Shown: positions 27,944-46,036, counted from the first letter of the stretch. The stretch: 64,000 nucleotides of DNA from Octopus vulgaris (GCA_951406725.2 OX597837.1:32984001-33048000); one strand, 5' to 3'. Numbers and translations: made by a program. The notes: generated by a model not told the origin, from the sequence alone.

Positions 27944-28265
27944 CAATTAAGACTGAACAGTTTGAAAAGTGGACAGTCAACATGCTAGATATAGACGTCA
28001 AATCGTCATTCTCCACAAAAGATTATGTTTCAGATCTGATCAACACTTGACATAGCAACAAGTGAAAATATACGAAATCAAAATAATTACCCATGTACTT
28101 ACATGGGTAATTACATGGGTAATTATTTTATTTCGTATATTTTTCACTTGTTTATTGCTATGGTTTTGTGTTGAGTTTGATCTGAGAACATAATCTTTTG
28201 TGGAGAATGACGAAACGTCTATATCTACATGTTGACTGTCCACTAGGGGTGTTCATCCTTAATTG
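27944..28265. mobile_element. ~320-bp palindromic element in (TA)n
   Basis: Arms gtggacagtcaacatg...cgtcattctccacaaaagattatgtt...aattacccatgta and their reverse complement. Confidence 0.75.
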
Positions 28266-28351
28266 GTATATATAAATATTTTAATCTTCGGATTCTTTTT
28301 TAATATGCTAGACCACTGGTATTAATTGATAAATATCAATTTCTACCCTTA

Positions 28352-28385
<34 letters not shown>

Positions 28386-28389
28386 CTCT

Positions 28390-28785
28390 CTCTCTCTTTT
28401 ATTCTTTCACTTGTTTCAGTCATTTGACTGCGGCCATGCTGGAGCACCGCCTTTAGTCGAGCAAATCGACCCCGGGACTTATTCTTTGTAAGCCCAGTAC
28501 TTATTCTATCGGTCTCTTTTGCCGAACCGCTAAGTGACGGGGACGTAAACACACCAGCATCGGTTGTCAAGCAATGCTAGGGGTACAAACACAGACACAC
28601 AAACATATACACACACTTATATATATATACATATATACGACAGGCTTCTTTCAGTTTCCATCTACCAAATCCACTCACAAGGCATTGGTCGGCCCGGGGC
28701 TATAGCAGAAGACACTTGCCCAAGATGCCACGCAGTGGGACTGAACCCAGAACCATGTGGTTGGTTAGCAAGCTACTTACCACAC
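28390..28785 (-). mobile_element. SINE family A copy
   Basis: Reverse copy, nearly identical to 24842-25273. Confidence 0.85.
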
Positions 28786-29027
28786 ATGCATCTTTTTCCC
28801 TTGACATTAAGAGATAGTTGTAAATGAGAGTCACCACCATACACGAGGTGCTGTTCATTTCCAATCTCCCATAGAAACCTGTCCAGCCAAGGGGGAAAAA
28901 TATACAGGTGAAGGTTGATGACTGGAAAAGCACCCAGCCATAGTTGAATAGTAGTATTGGTAGTCTCCAACCATTTTGCCTGTTTTTGCTTCTCAGCTGT
29001 TTAATATCTTCGAATATTACATTATAT

Positions 29028-29440
29028 GTTTCTTTACTACCCAAAAGGGGCTAAACACAGAGGGGACAAACAAGGACAGACAAAGGGATTAAATCGATTA
29101 CATCGACCCTAGTACGTAACTGGTACTTAATTTATCGACCCCAAGGATGAAAGGCAAAGTCGACCTCGGCGGTATTTGAACTCAGAACTTAAAGACAGAC
29201 GAAATATCTATTTCTTTACTACTCACAAGGGGCTGGCTAAACACAGAGAGGACAAACAAGGACAGACATAGGTATTAAGTCGATTACATCGACCCCAGTG
29301 CGTAACTGGTACTTAATTTATCGACCCCGAAAGGATGAAAGGCAAAGTCGACCTCGGCAGAATTTGAACTCACAACATAACGCAGACAAAATACGGCTAC
29401 GCATTTCGCCCGGCGTGCTAACGTTTCTGCCAGCTCACCG
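29028..29440 (-). mobile_element. SINE family B dimer
   Basis: Two units joined by gacgaaatatctatttcttt. Confidence 0.85.
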
Positions 29441-29899
29441 TACAGTTTAGTAGAAGACACTTGCCCAAAGTGCCACACAGTGGGACTGAACCCAGAACCA
29501 TGTGGTTAGGAAGCAAACTTGTTAACCACACGGTCACATCTGTGTTTTGAATATGTTCACAAATCTCCTCTTCGGTCTTGTACCCCAGCCCTGAGTTATT
29601 TCGAGCCCCTGTTAGTACCACTGGTATACTTGTCATATGTATAAAAGGGGTGTTTAGAAATTACCTTTACAATTTGAAGTGTGGAAGTGAGGAAGTTGTG
29701 AAGATAATTTATGGACACCATGTCTTCTCTAGGTATTCTTCCTCAAACATGTTTTTGTGGTTTATGTGTGACCTCCCTATTTTCTGTCCCCTTTTTTCTG
29801 TCCTTCATGTTATTTTTCAATTGAACCCTCATTCATATATACCCACCCTTTTGTTTGTCCTCTTACAATATATTCTGACCGACTTTGGGGTAGGAGTAA

Positions 29900-33060
<3,161 letters not shown>

Positions 33061-33422
33061 TATTATTCCAGTATTATTTGCCATGTCTGCTGCTGTAACA
33101 TGAGGAAAGTGTGAGGATGAAGAAGTAAGTGCTGCCCTCTAGCAGCTTCACTGAGAGGTTGTTGTTTAGCCCTAGGTCAAGCCTGATTGAACAAGCACAC
33201 AATCAAAGCCACAAATGCGTTGTCTTGTGAACAAGAACTACAAGAACTGTCCATCTAGGACTACACTGTCCAATGTGCCTCGCCGCCTTGCTGTTCTTTA
33301 GCCCTAGGTCAGTCTTGATGTAGCAGACCCATGATCAACAACTTGACTGTCATGTTGATTTTAAAGATTCCATCATCATCTTCATCATCATCATCATCAT
33401 CACCATCACCATCATCACCATC

Positions 33423-33461
<39 letters not shown>

Positions 33462-33679
33462 GTTGTTTAATGTCCGGTCTCCATGTCGGCATGGGTTGAA
33501 CAGTTGACATGGAGCTAGCCAGCTGGGAGCTGTCCAAATTCCAGCTGTGTCCGTTGTGGCATGGTTTCTATGGCTGGATGCCCTTCCTAACATGCCAACC
33601 ACTTTACAGAGTGGGCTGGGTGCTTCTTATGTGCCACCGCTTCTTACGTGTGTTTATTCAGCACCAACACGGGTGCATT

Positions 33680-34067
33680 GGATGGGAAGCACTCCGTCGG
33701 TTACGACGACGAGGGTTCCGGTTGATCCGAATCAACGGAACAGCCTGCTCGTGAAATTAATGTGTAAGTGGCTGAGCACTCCACAGACATGTGTACCCTT
33801 AACGTAGTTCTCGGGGATATTCAGCGTGACACAGAGAGTGATAAGGCCGGCCCTTTGAAATACAGGTACAACAGAAAAGGGAAGAAAGAGTGAGAGAAAG
33901 TTGTGGTGAAAGAGTACAGCAGGGATCACCACCATCCCCTGCCGGAGCCTCGTGGAGCTTTAGGTGTTTTTGCTCAATAAACACTCACAACGCCTGGTCT
34001 GGGAATCGAAACCGCGATCCTATGACCGCGAGTCCGCTGCCCTAACCACTGGGCCATTGCACCTCCA
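33680..34067 (-). mobile_element. tRNA-derived SINE (family C)
   Basis: Reverse head ggaggtgcaatggcccagtggttagggcagcggactcgcggtc...gtttcgattccc. Related copies at 57604-57962(-), 52290-52591(-) and 37217-37520(+). Confidence 0.85.
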
Positions 34068-34969
34068 CTACATGGGTGCATTAATGCAGCACTGGCATGC
34101 GTATGTCTACGCAGCACTGGCACGGGTGCCTTTCAAGTGGCACTGGCACCTGAAAGGCCAAGTCTGTATGTGTGGAAGACAGTGGTCTTACTTTGTTTGA
34201 CGCGTCTTATCAAGTACAGCAAATTGCCACATCTCTTGGCCCCCCCTTGTCATTTCTGTTTGCCAAATGGCTAAGTCTTCATTCAAGATGAAGGGACATT
34301 GCTTGGCAATAAAATAATTACCACCAGGTGAGAGAGGAGGTTATACTTTTTTGTTAAGAAAATTGATAAATTAATAAACTTCTTAGTAATTAGTTCTTAG
34401 TAATTCTTCATACACCAGTGATGGTTTTGTTCTCTCTCTCCCTCCAAAACATCTGATGATGAATCAGCAAGTTTTTTTTTCCTCTGCTTTGGTGCCATCT
34501 TCCATGGTTTACCTCAGAAATCTCTCTTTCTCCTCCCCCACCCTCTCTCTCTCTCTCACTCATTTACTCTCTCACTCATTCACTCTCTTACTCATTCACT
34601 CTCTCTCCCTCTCTTACTCATTCTCTCTCTCTCTCTATCTCTCTCTGATTATAATCGCAAAACTCATATTTGATGTCGTCTTGTACAGTCTGTTTTATTT
34701 ACAACATACTCTGCTTGTTCTCCCTACCCTACCCTACCCAATCCCAGCCCCAAATAATAATAATAACAACAACAACAACAACAACAGCAACAACAACAAC
34801 GATAACAATAATCATAATATAGTAAATGGTTTCTTTCTTTATTTGCAACTATTTACATTATCAGTTTGTGAAATCTTCTCTCTTAATATATTAGATTTCC
34901 TTCTTCATAATCGGTACAAATGAGGAACAAGGAACCCGGCACCACCAACAGCATCTCTGCTCCCACTGC

Positions 34970-35203
34970 CTTCATCATCATCATCACTGTCATTATCATC
35001 ATCGTCGTCTTCATCATCATCATCATCACCTCTGTTATCGTCTTTATCACCATCATTACTACAACCACAACCAGCAGCACCATCGTCATCATCATCATCA
35101 TCACCACCACCACCACCACCACAATCATTATTATTATTATTGTTACCATTATGATCAGCATTATCACCACCACCACCACCATCAGCAGTATTGACATTAT
35201 CTA

Positions 35204-35249
<46 letters not shown>

Positions 35250-36296
35250 GTCATCATCATCATCACCACCACCACAATCATTATTATTATTATTGTTACC
35301 ATTATGATCAGCATTATCACCACCACCACCACCACCATCAGCAGTATTGACATTATCTACATCATCATCATCATCAACATCATCATCATCATCATCATCG
35401 TCATCATCATCATCACCACCACCACAATCATTATTATTATTATTGTTACCATTATGATCAGCATTATCACCACCACCACCACCACCATCAGCAGTATTGA
35501 CATTATCTACATCATCATCATCATCATCGTCATCGTCGTCATTGTCGTCATCGCCACCACCACTGACAACAACTAGAGTCACCACCACAGCTTTAATATC
35601 CATCAGCACAATCCATCTAAACGTTCACCCATCTAACCAGCCATCCATCCATCCACCCATCTGTCCCCTATTTTCCATGCCCTACATAAATTCACACAAA
35701 TCCCCGCTTCTCACCAGATTGATAACAGAAACAGATTTAGGATTAAAATTACATGGGATTCCTCCATATTACTCCCCACCACCACCAACACCAACACCAC
35801 CATCACTACCACTATCACCACCATCACCACCACCATCACCACCATCACCACCGCCACCACCACTATCATGACCATCTCCACTACCATCACTGCCACAACC
35901 ACCACCACCACCATCACCACCACTATCACCACCACCACCACCACCCACCCACCGACCATCTCCACTACCATCACTGCCACAATCACCACCACCACCATCA
36001 CCACCACTATCACTACCACCACCACTATCATGACAATCTCCACTACCATCACCACCACCACCATCACCACCACCATCACCCCCACCACCATCACCACCAT
36101 CACCACCACCACTATCACGACCATCCCCACTACCATCACTGCCACCACTACCACCGCCATCTCCCCCACTATCACCATCATCACCACCATCCCCACCACC
36201 ACCATCACTCCCACTATCACCACCATCACCACCACCACCACCACAATCACGACCATCTCCACTACCATCACTGCCACAACCACCACCACCACCACC
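34970..36296. repeat. (CAT/CAC)n low-complexity region with a ~150-bp triplicated unit at 35100-35520
   Basis: gttaccattatgatcagcattatcacc...cagcagtattgacattatctac occurs 3 times. Confidence 0.88.
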
Positions 36297-36790
36297 GTCT
36301 TCTGAACTTGTCTGGTTCTTCTACCAATGGCTTCTGATGATGTCAGAAAGATCCTATCATGACTTTCTGTCAGACGTTTTAGATTCTGCTCAAAGAAGCT
36401 TGTCTCCATCTTACCCCGTCCTTCCCCCGTCCTTCCCCTGTCCTTCCCCTGTTCTTCCCTCATCAATGGTGAGATTAAACACTGCAGGAATTGTATTGGA
36501 GGGACCCAACAACGGCGTTTCTCTGTTTTGGTTGCTCGACCTACAGAAGTCATGAAGGGGCGCATGTGCCCCCATGTGGCCCCAAATGCTTGTTCTGCAT
36601 GATAGATTAATTTGCAAGAAATACCAACCGGAACTCATTTTCATTCACCTCAAGAGGACGAATGGTAAAGTCCACCTTGGTGGAATTTGAACTCAAAATG
36701 TTAAAGGTAATGAAAATTCCATCAAATAATAGCATCAGGCATTCTTAAGGTTTTGCCAGCTTGCTGCCTTCATAATGATGATGATGGTGG

Positions 36791-36866
<76 letters not shown>

Positions 36867-37096
36867 GGTGGTGGCGGTGGTGGTTTCAAATTTTGCCACA
36901 AGGGCAGCAATTTTGGGGGGCAGGGATGAGTCAATCACATCGACCACAGTGTGTAGCTGGTATTTATTTTAGCAACCCTGGAAGAATGAAACACAAAGTC
37001 GACCTCGGCAGAATTTGAACTCAGAATGTAAATGGATGAAACTCAGGACAAAATCTCACTAAGCATTTTGTCTGGCATACTTGCGATTTTGCCAGA

Positions 37097-37194
<98 letters not shown>

Positions 37195-40100
37195 CCTGTA
37201 TATTATAGGCACTAGTGGAGGCACATGGCCTAGTGGTTAGAACAGCAGACTCGTGGTTGAGGGATCACAGGTTCGAATCTCAGACTGGGCAATGTGAGTG
37301 TTTATGAGCGAAACATCTAAGCTCCACAAGGCTCCGGCAGAAGGTAATGGTGAACTTCTGCTGACTCTTTTGCCACAACTTTCTCTCACTCTTTCCTCCT
37401 GCATCTTCCAGCTCACCTGCGACGGACCAGCGTCCTGTCCAGGTGGAGGGGACCTATACACCAAGGAAACCAGGAAACCGGCCCTTATGAGCCAGGCATG
37501 GTTCGAGAAGGAAGAAACAAAATGCTATGGGCACTAAGCCTGAAATTTGGTGGGAGTAGGGGTAAGTCGATTGCATCAACCCCCAGTGCGTAACTGGTAC
37601 TTAATTTATCAACCCTGAAAGAATGAAAGGTGAAGTCGACCTTGGCAGAATTTGAACTCAGGATATAACAACAGGTGAAATACCACTAAGCATTTGGTCC
37701 AGTGTACCAACAATTCTGCCATTTGACTACCTTAATTATTATAATAATAATGGTTTCAAATTTTTCCACAAGGGCAGTAATTTGTGGTGGGGGGGGGGTA
37801 AGATGAGTCGATTACATTGACCACAGTGTTCAACTGGTCCTTGTTTTATCGACCTCGAAATAATAAAAAGCGAAGTCGACCTCGGCGGAATTTGAACTCA
37901 GAACACAACGACTGGCAAAAGCCACACCCCACCTCACCGTACCACACTCAACCACACCGCCACCACCATCTTGAAAACAAAGAAGGGAACTTTGATTAGT
38001 TTAGTCCAAGGTACATTATGACGGAAGAAAAAAAAGGTAAAGAAGTAGTTGTGGCTGGAACACCTTTGATTATTGATCTACTGGACCAGGGATGGATGAC
38101 CTAGGGTTATATAAGGATAGTGACAACAACAACAACAGCAGCAACAGCAGCAGCAGTTGCAGCTAATTTTGGTCTAAATGACAACAACCTGTGGCTTGCA
38201 CATGCACACACACACACACACCCATACACACACACACACACCTACACACCCACACACACACCTACACACACACTCTCTTACACACCCACACACAGACACA
38301 CACATTCATACTCACATGTATACTCACGCATACCCAATACATACACATACACACTCATGCATGCACATGCACGCCCACACACAGACACACACATTCATAC
38401 TCACACATATACTCATACATACTCACACATACATAGACACACACACACACACATACACACACGTATGCACACACATACACACACACACACCCATACACAC
38501 ACACACACTCTCTTACACACACACAGACACACACATTCATACTCACACATATACTCATACACACTCACACATACATAGACACACTCACACACGCACACAC
38601 ATATGCACACACATACACACACACACACCCATACACACACACACACACTCTCTTACACACACACAGACACACACATTCATACTCACACATATACTCATAC
38701 ATACTCACACATACATAGCACACACACACACACACACACACGTATGCACACACATACACACACACACACGCTCATACACATGTGTGTGCATACACGCTTC
38801 AGTTAGCACTAATTGTTTTCTGTAAACGCCCCCTCCCCACCTCCACCCTCCTCTACTCTCTTCTCTGGTCAGCCATGTTATCTACCACCACCACCACCAC
38901 CACCACCACCACCGTCCCCCACCCGTCTCTGGCCAACTTCTCTCCGCCCCCACCCCCAGCCCACCCACCCCCACCGTCCATCATGTCATATATCCAGGAG
39001 AATTGCTTCCGGAAGACGGACTACATTGCAAGACTGAGCACAGTTTGTAGTGGACCAGTAATAATTCATGACATGGCAGAAGAAGGAGGAGGTGGTGGTG
39101 GTGGTGGTGGTGGTGGTGGTTGGTGGTGGTGGTGGTGGTGGTGGTGGTGGTGGTGGTGGTGATAATAGTGGTGGTGTTCTATTGCATTGTTTTGTTTTTG
39201 TTGTTCCTGTTGGTCTTGGCAGAGGTGAAGGTCATTGAAGTGGTGAATGTAGTTGGTGGTGGTGGTCATCATCGTCATCATTGTAGTTGCTTTGTTAGTT
39301 GTGGTCTTCATGATATTGTTGTCATTTAGTCTCTGGTCAGGCTTGACCAAATACATTTCATCTTTGAACATCTTGTCTCTATCTGTCTCGGGGGCATTCA
39401 ACACAGTTCTGTGATTAAGGCATACAGGACTCAAAGGAGAGGTGGAACCCTGGACACATTTCACACAGGCGTCTGTATGTGTGTGGACATGCCCTGATGT
39501 CTTCTGAACCATGGAACCCTGGGCACATTTCACACAGGCGTATGTATGTGTGGACATGCCCTGGTGTCTTCTGAACCAGTTCCCCTACCCCCACCCCTGC
39601 CTCAAAAATAAACTTGGAGAAAACTGGAGATTAGCAGAGCAGACTGACAGAGGGCAACAGGAAACCCCTGATGTGTCTGTTCCAAGAAAAATCATGAATG
39701 TTCAGACTTTGGCATGGAGGTCCATGATCACCGATGCTTGTACAAATGGCACATGAAAAGAGGCACGTGCACACATTACTATACACACTCACTCACACAC
39801 ACATGTACATGTACTTATCCGCATACATACACACACACATGCAACTCACATGTACTCACATACACATGCAAACACATACACACACAGACTTAAGCTTCTT
39901 ACTCACACACCCGCTCGCACATACATATACACATGCACACATTATCAACACACACACACACACAATCAACACATCTTTGCCAGGTCACTGTTGTCTGCCT
40001 TGCCACCCATGCCCTTCCTTTCTCTTCTGGTCTGTACAACATGTAGTAACCATCCATTAATTCAGCCACATGTTTTTTTTTCTCTCCATTTTTTGCCTCT

Positions 40101-40674
40101 CTCCATCTGTTTACTCTCCTCATCTCTCCTCTCTGTAGAAGAGTGTTATCTCAAGTAAAAAGCACCCACTACACTCATGGAGTGGTTGGCGTTAGGAAGG
40201 GCATCCAGCCGTAGAAACACTGCCAGATCAGACTGGGCCTGATGCAGCCTTCGGGCTTCCCAGACCCCAGTTGAACCGTCCAACCCATGCTAGCATGGAA
40301 AGCGGACGCTAAATGATGATGATGATGATGATGATGATTAAAGTCCTCTTCCATTTTACCTCAGTGTTAAACTAATGCATCTTCTCTGTTGCTCTTTCAC
40401 CCCATCCTTGGGTGTGTGTGGGGGGTGGAGTGTATTTTTGGGGCCATGTTTGGATGCAAGCTGGACAAACTGGACAAAGTGGACGATATGCTTAATGGCA
40501 TTTCTTCTGCCTTTACATTCTGAATTCAAATTCTACCTGGTGCCAACTTTGCCTCTTATCTTTTCTGGGCCAATAAAATAAATACCAGTTGAACACTGGG
40601 GTCGATGTAATCAACCGGCCCCCTCTTTTTGAGGCCCTGTGCCTCATGTAGAAAGAATTGATATTGTTGTTATA

Positions 40675-40960
40675 AACCACCTCACCAACAACAACACTGA
40701 ACACTTTTTTGATCTCCATGTGTCTAACACACGTGGACATGCCTACAAAGTCAGAAAACAACACAGCTCCCATGACTTTCGGAAACATTTTTTCACACTC
40801 AGAGTTGCTGAAGCATGGAATAAACTGCCTGCGTCGGTTGTTGACTGCCATGACACTGCATCCTTTAAGGCCCTCATGCTTTCCGAAATCCGCCGAAACT
40901 ACACCTGATTATACATACACTTTAGATGAGTTGTAGTGCACCTGAGCACTGTACACAATG

Positions 40961-41036
<76 letters not shown>
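40675..41036 (+). mobile_element. CR1-type LINE 3' end with (ATT)n tail
   Basis: TRGHAYKVRKQ...RKHFFTLRVAEAWNKLP...FKALM*, then a short UTR and (TTA)n; ends ~50 nt upstream of the 41086 exon. Confidence 0.85.
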
Positions 41037-41085
41037 GTTGCTGTCAGTATTACATTTTGCTTTCCTTGTTACTTCCTCTTTCTAG

Positions 41086-41149
41086 ATGCCATAGATTTCG
41101 TCCGGACAGAAGCAGATGCTATTGGCTGTGAATTTAAAGACCTATTTGC
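41086..41149 (+). CDS. insc: Inscuteable exon (64 nt)
   Basis: ttcctctttctag acceptor, gc|gtgagt donor. Phase 1 in, 2 out, fitting its neighbours. (N)AIDFVRTEADAIGCEFKDLF(A) aligns to INSC LQLLLKRGWVISTELRRIG. Confidence 0.8.
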
Positions 41150-41176
41150 GTGAGTTTTATTTCGCATTAATCTATC

Positions 41177-41224
<48 letters not shown>

Positions 41225-42673
41225 GGTTTACATGTCTCAGGAAATGAAAGAGAAAGAGAAAGAGGAAAGCAAAGTGATGTGAAGTAATAGATATCATCTC
41301 TTTTTTGGGGCTGTAATTTGTTTTTACTTCAATTGATCTAACGTATAGTTACCGTGGAAATAGAAAGATAAATAAATAAAAAAAAAACAGCTACAAAACA
41401 GCAATCATGCAATTAATGATGTAATTAAGATAACTAGAAGCATCCTTTAATCTTGCAGGACCCTGGATCTGTGCCTTGGCAGTCTTGCTTCCATCTTGTT
41501 AGCAGAGTAGATCTGCTATAATTATAGAAACTGATATTTGAATGACAGCCCCAACCGCAGCACCTCTACTTAAAGGTGCTGTCTATCAGTCTTGTTCTGG
41601 CTCTGTCCTTCGTCAGCAAACATCACCCTCACCTCTCGTGGTTTTTGCTATATTACTGTAGTATTGTTTTGCCTTTGGAAATATGCTGTACGTGAGAAGA
41701 CCAGGCAGGACAAGTGAGCCCAGCCCACTTATGCATGCCTTTCCTCCCTTGGACACAAAGACCTGTTGAGGCAAGCGAAGTCGATATAGAACCTCATCCG
41801 ACGACAGGCACCCATGCCAACCCCCTTTGCTTGCGAAGACATGTTGGGGCAAGTGAAATCGAAATCGAATTGAACCAGCCAGGACCCCTAGACTGGTGGT
41901 ACGTAAAAAGCACTATCCGACTTGTGGCCGATGCCAGCACTGCCTCGACTGGCTTCCGTGCCGGTGGCACGTAAAATGCACCAATCCGACCGTGGCCGTT
42001 GCCAGCCTCGCCTGGCACCTGTGCAGGTGGCATGTAAAAAGCACCCACTACACTCACGGAGTGGTTGGTGTTAGGAAGGGTATCCAGCTGTAGAAACATT
42101 GCCAGATAAGACTGGAGCCTGGGGCAGCCTTCTGGCTTCCCAGATCCCCAGTCGAACCGTCCAATCCATGCTAGCATGGAGAACGGACGTTAAACGATGA
42201 TGATGATGATGATGATGATGTTTTACAACTGGATGCCCTTTCCCTATTGCTAACCCTTACCTATTTTGCAAACCAGGGAATTTGTCATTCCACCTCCCTC
42301 TTTGAAAGTGCAGAGCTACCTGATGAATAGCTGATAAGGTAATATCAACAAACGTCACCATTTGTAGCTCAACGGTTCTTCCTGTAGAGCACTGGTGTAA
42401 ACATTTACACACATACACGCACACACATGAACATATTTCATCTGCTCTCCATGTGGCATTGATTCAACAATGCAACAGGATTCAGTTCAGTCCTTATTCA
42501 GATTACCTTCTTTCCAAGACAGGTCAAAGAATTACATTTTGCTCTTATCTTTCCTTTTCAGCTTGTTTCTATGAGTGAATGTTCCTCTTCACAGAAACCA
42601 CTTTAGACACAGATACACACCTATCTATCTACCCACCTGTGTGCCAGTCTTTATCTGTCTGTCTATCTATCTA

Positions 42674-42713
<40 letters not shown>

Positions 42714-43326
42714 GATTGACCGATTGATCTGTCTGTCTTCCTGTGAATGTGCTATTAATAAAATGGAGAAGACATAGTATTTTATGCTTTATAAGCATAC
42801 ACGTGTTTCAGAAAATTACTGCCATGATTACATAAGTACATGTTAAAACATTATTAATTTCACACTTCTGATTGTTTCATTTGAAATCTTGTGCTAAAAC
42901 TAAAACAATTATATTGATGTGGTTATGACAGACATTCAAAACTCTCACACACACACACACATGTATGTCATAAACGATTTTGATCTATACCTTCTATATT
43001 GATTATTTATTTGGGGTTTTTTTTCTTTTTCTTTAACCTGTAGCACACTTTTTCTTTAATCTAGAGCTGCGGGTACATTGTGTCACATTGAGAGGGGAAA
43101 AAACTCATATGGTGACATGATGTGCCTACAGCATTTTAAAGGTTTATTCCACATTCATTTTCTAAAAAAACCTCTAGGGTCTTGTTTTTATCAAACCTTT
43201 TCATCAACGTCCAAACTTGAATCAATATATTCAGCTTTGATTATTGTTGCTCAATTCATAAATCAATCACTCATTAGTCATTTGTTACTCTTCTTCTACG
43301 TTCTCCTCCTCCTCTTCCTCATGTAG

Positions 43327-43450
43327 ATGTGTTGATACTGAAAACTGGCCATTCCTAAGTGACCTTACAGTTGATGTCACCTGTCACATCCGATTCCTCA
43401 TCCAAGAATGTAACAAACACATTTGTGAACCACCAGCTCATTTCGTTCAG
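43327..43450 (+). CDS. insc: Inscuteable exon (124 nt)
   Basis: cttcctcatgtag acceptor, cag|gttagt donor. CVDTENWPFLSDLTVDVTCHIRFLIQECNKHICEPPAHFVQ aligns to INSC DRWARVHSMSVRLTCHARSMVSEY. Phase 2 in, 0 out. Not shown in the ORF track. Confidence 0.88.
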
Positions 43451-43467
43451 GTTAGTGGCAAACTTCA

Positions 43468-44220
43468 ATCTCTCTCTCTCTCTCTTTTTCTCTCTCTCTC
43501 TCTTTCTCTTTCTCTATCCCTCTCTTTCTCTCCCTTCCTCTGTCTCTTCCCTTCTCTCTCTCCCTCTCTCTTCACCTCTCTCCCCTTCTCTCTCTCCCTC
43601 TTTCTCTTTCCTTCTCTATCTCCCTCTCTTTCTCTCTCTTCCCTTCTCTCTCTCCCTCTCTCTCTCTCCCTCTCTCTCTATCCCTCTCTTTCTCTCTCTT
43701 TCTCTCTCTCTCTATCCCTCTCTCTCTCTCTATCCCTCTCTTTCTCTCCCTCCCTCTCTCTCTATCCCTCTCTTTCTCTCCCTCCCTCTCTCTCTTCCCT
43801 CTCTCTCTCCCTTTCTCTTCACCTCTCTCCCTCTTTCTCTTTCCTTCTCTATCTCCCTCTCTCTCTTTCTCTCCCCTCTCTCTCTCTTTCTCTTCCTCCC
43901 TTCTCTCTTTCTCAGTCGCTGTTCTTCCTTTTCTTATGCTCTTTCTCACTCACCCCCTTCTCTCTTATATATCTATTATCTCTCTCCCTCTCTTCTTTCT
44001 CTCAATTGTTCTCTCTCATTCTCCCTCCTTCTCTCACTCTTGCTCTCTATCTATCACCCCACCTTTCACTTATTCTCATTCTCTCTTGCTCTCTCTCTCT
44101 CTCTCACCTCTCTCTTTTACTCACCCACTCTTGACCTCTTTCTTCCACCCTCTCCCTTGCCCTATTTTCTCCTTGTCTCCCTCCCTCTCTCTTACCTCTC
44201 TCTCTCTCTCTCTCTATCTT
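43468..44220. repeat. (CT)-rich polypyrimidine low-complexity tract
   Basis: Direct inspection. Confidence 0.9.
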
Positions 44221-44816
44221 TAATTTCCTTTACATTTTTATAATTATTGGATATAAGTATTACTATGTGTGTATATGTACAGGTGTGAGTATATGATTAA
44301 AAAAGGTGCTTTCAGGTTTGTTCCCAATGCATGACACCTTGAGCGTGTGCCTTCAATGCCAAACCCTTGGAGGTGAAACCACCGTGGAATTGAACCTGGA
44401 ATCATGTAGTTTCAAAACAAACTGTTTCATTTCTCGTCGGTGTTTTACCTACCTGGTCACAGCACATAAATTCTGCTTACCACAGCTTAATGAAGTTTAA
44501 GAAACTGGTTTTCCTTCCACTCCTTGACCTTGCTTAAAGGTCATTCAGGTGTTAAAAGGTCACACCAGTGTTAATAGGTCATTCCAGGTGTTGAAAAACA
44601 GCAGGGAAAAAAAGCAATGGAAAGAGAAAAAAAAATATTATTTGCTCTAACGAAAACTGTCATATCCATATTAATTAGCAGGTATAGAAATTTGGGAAGA
44701 AGGAAAATAAGAGTAAATGTTATATATATATGTATGTGTATGTATGAATGCACTGGTTCTCTGCAGCCTGAGGGACACTGGTGCTGCATGTGTGTATGTG
44801 TGTGTATGTGCATGCT

Positions 44817-44874
<58 letters not shown>

Positions 44875-44906
44875 CGTGTGCATGTGTGTGTGTGTAAATG
44901 TATATA

Positions 44907-46036
44907 CAGAATGCAATGGGTAAATTGTCGCCATATTATATTTTTAGTTTCACACATGTACCTTGCTTGTTTTTGAGTTTGTCAACTACACAGTATAGTA
45001 GGGTCAGTTGGGTACTATCTGTGAGAAAAACAGTACCTATTTCTTTATTACCCACAAGGGGCTAAACACAGAGGGGACAAACAAGGACAGACAAGGACAG
45101 ACAAAGGTATTAAGTCGATTATATCGACCCCAGTGCGTAACTGGTACTTAATTTATCGACCCCGAAAGGATGAAAGGCAAAGTCGACCTCGGCAGAATTT
45201 GAACTCACAACGTAACGCAGACAAAATACCGCTAAGCATTTCGCCCGTCATGCTAACATTTCTGCCAGCTCGCCACCTGAGAAAAACAGTACCATGACAC
45301 AATTCACTCTACCAGAAATTTGGAAACGATGTGCTCTACTACTTGGCATTCATGCCAGAAGCTCCAATGCGAACATTTCAGAGTGTTTGGGTGTCAATCT
45401 GAGGACATGTACTGAGAGTGATAGAAATCAAACATCCAATCTACATCATGGCGTTTGGGGTGATCACTAGTGATGGCAACGTTATGCCTCCATTCATCTT
45501 CTCACACACCTTCAGACTCAACATGGAGGCCTACATCAAATGCCTGCGGGAGGTAGTGCTGTCCTGGGTCAAGAGGGTGGCTGCTGGAAGACCCTATGTC
45601 TGGCAACAGGACTTTGCACCATGCCACACAAGCAGGAGAACTCAGTCATGGCTGTCAGATAATTTCTGCAACCACATCACCCCTAACATCTGACCACCAA
45701 ACTCCTCAGACTGTAACTCCCTTGATTTATTATGTGTGGGGTGCAGTTGAGTGAGAGACCAACAAACTCCTTGTAACACCAAATATGAACTGAAGGCAAG
45801 GATTATGGCAGCATTCACCAACTTAAACAAGGAGATTGTCCAGAAGAGTTGCAGGAGATTCTGAAGTCGTGTGGAGGCCGTGGTTGAAGCCAATGGCGAT
45901 TTTATTGAATGAATTTACTCTTTAGTATTTCAAGATATTTTTATGCAATTTTCGTAAATATATCTATCAAGAAGAGATGTCAGCATTATTTTTCATTTTT
46001 GCATAATTTAGACAACAGTTTATTCACCACACCCTG
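44907..46036 (+). mobile_element. Degenerate Tc1/mariner-superfamily (maT-like) transposon with nested SINE
   Basis: Remnant KHPIYIMAFGVITSDG...YVWQQDFAPCHTSRRTQSWL...*PPNSSDCN. TA-flanked decayed TIRs cagaatgcaatgggtaaattgtcgcc / gacaacagtttattcaccacaccctg differ only by transitions. Confidence 0.8.
45038..45277 (-). mobile_element. SINE family B inserted in the DNA transposon, 16-bp TSD
   Basis: tgagaaaaacagtacc at 45022-45037 and 45278-45293. Confidence 0.9.

Noticed and set aside
28180-28228. Hammerhead in the 27944 palindrome (cgaaacgtc)
   Set aside because: Only the 3' half is present; upstream reads ctgagaa, and the other arm lacks GAAAC.
33990-34067. tRNA genes at SINE heads (also 9772, 21131, 37217, 57962)
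   Set aside because: They continue into SINE bodies and lack complete cloverleaves.
38782-39162. Possible extra insc exon (SYIQENCFRKTDYIARLST)
   Set aside because: No Insc similarity and no convincing splice pair; the protein is complete across this interval without it.
43064-43141. Candidate exon AAGTLCHIERGK...
   Set aside because: No homology and wrong exit phase; 43327-43450 fits instead.
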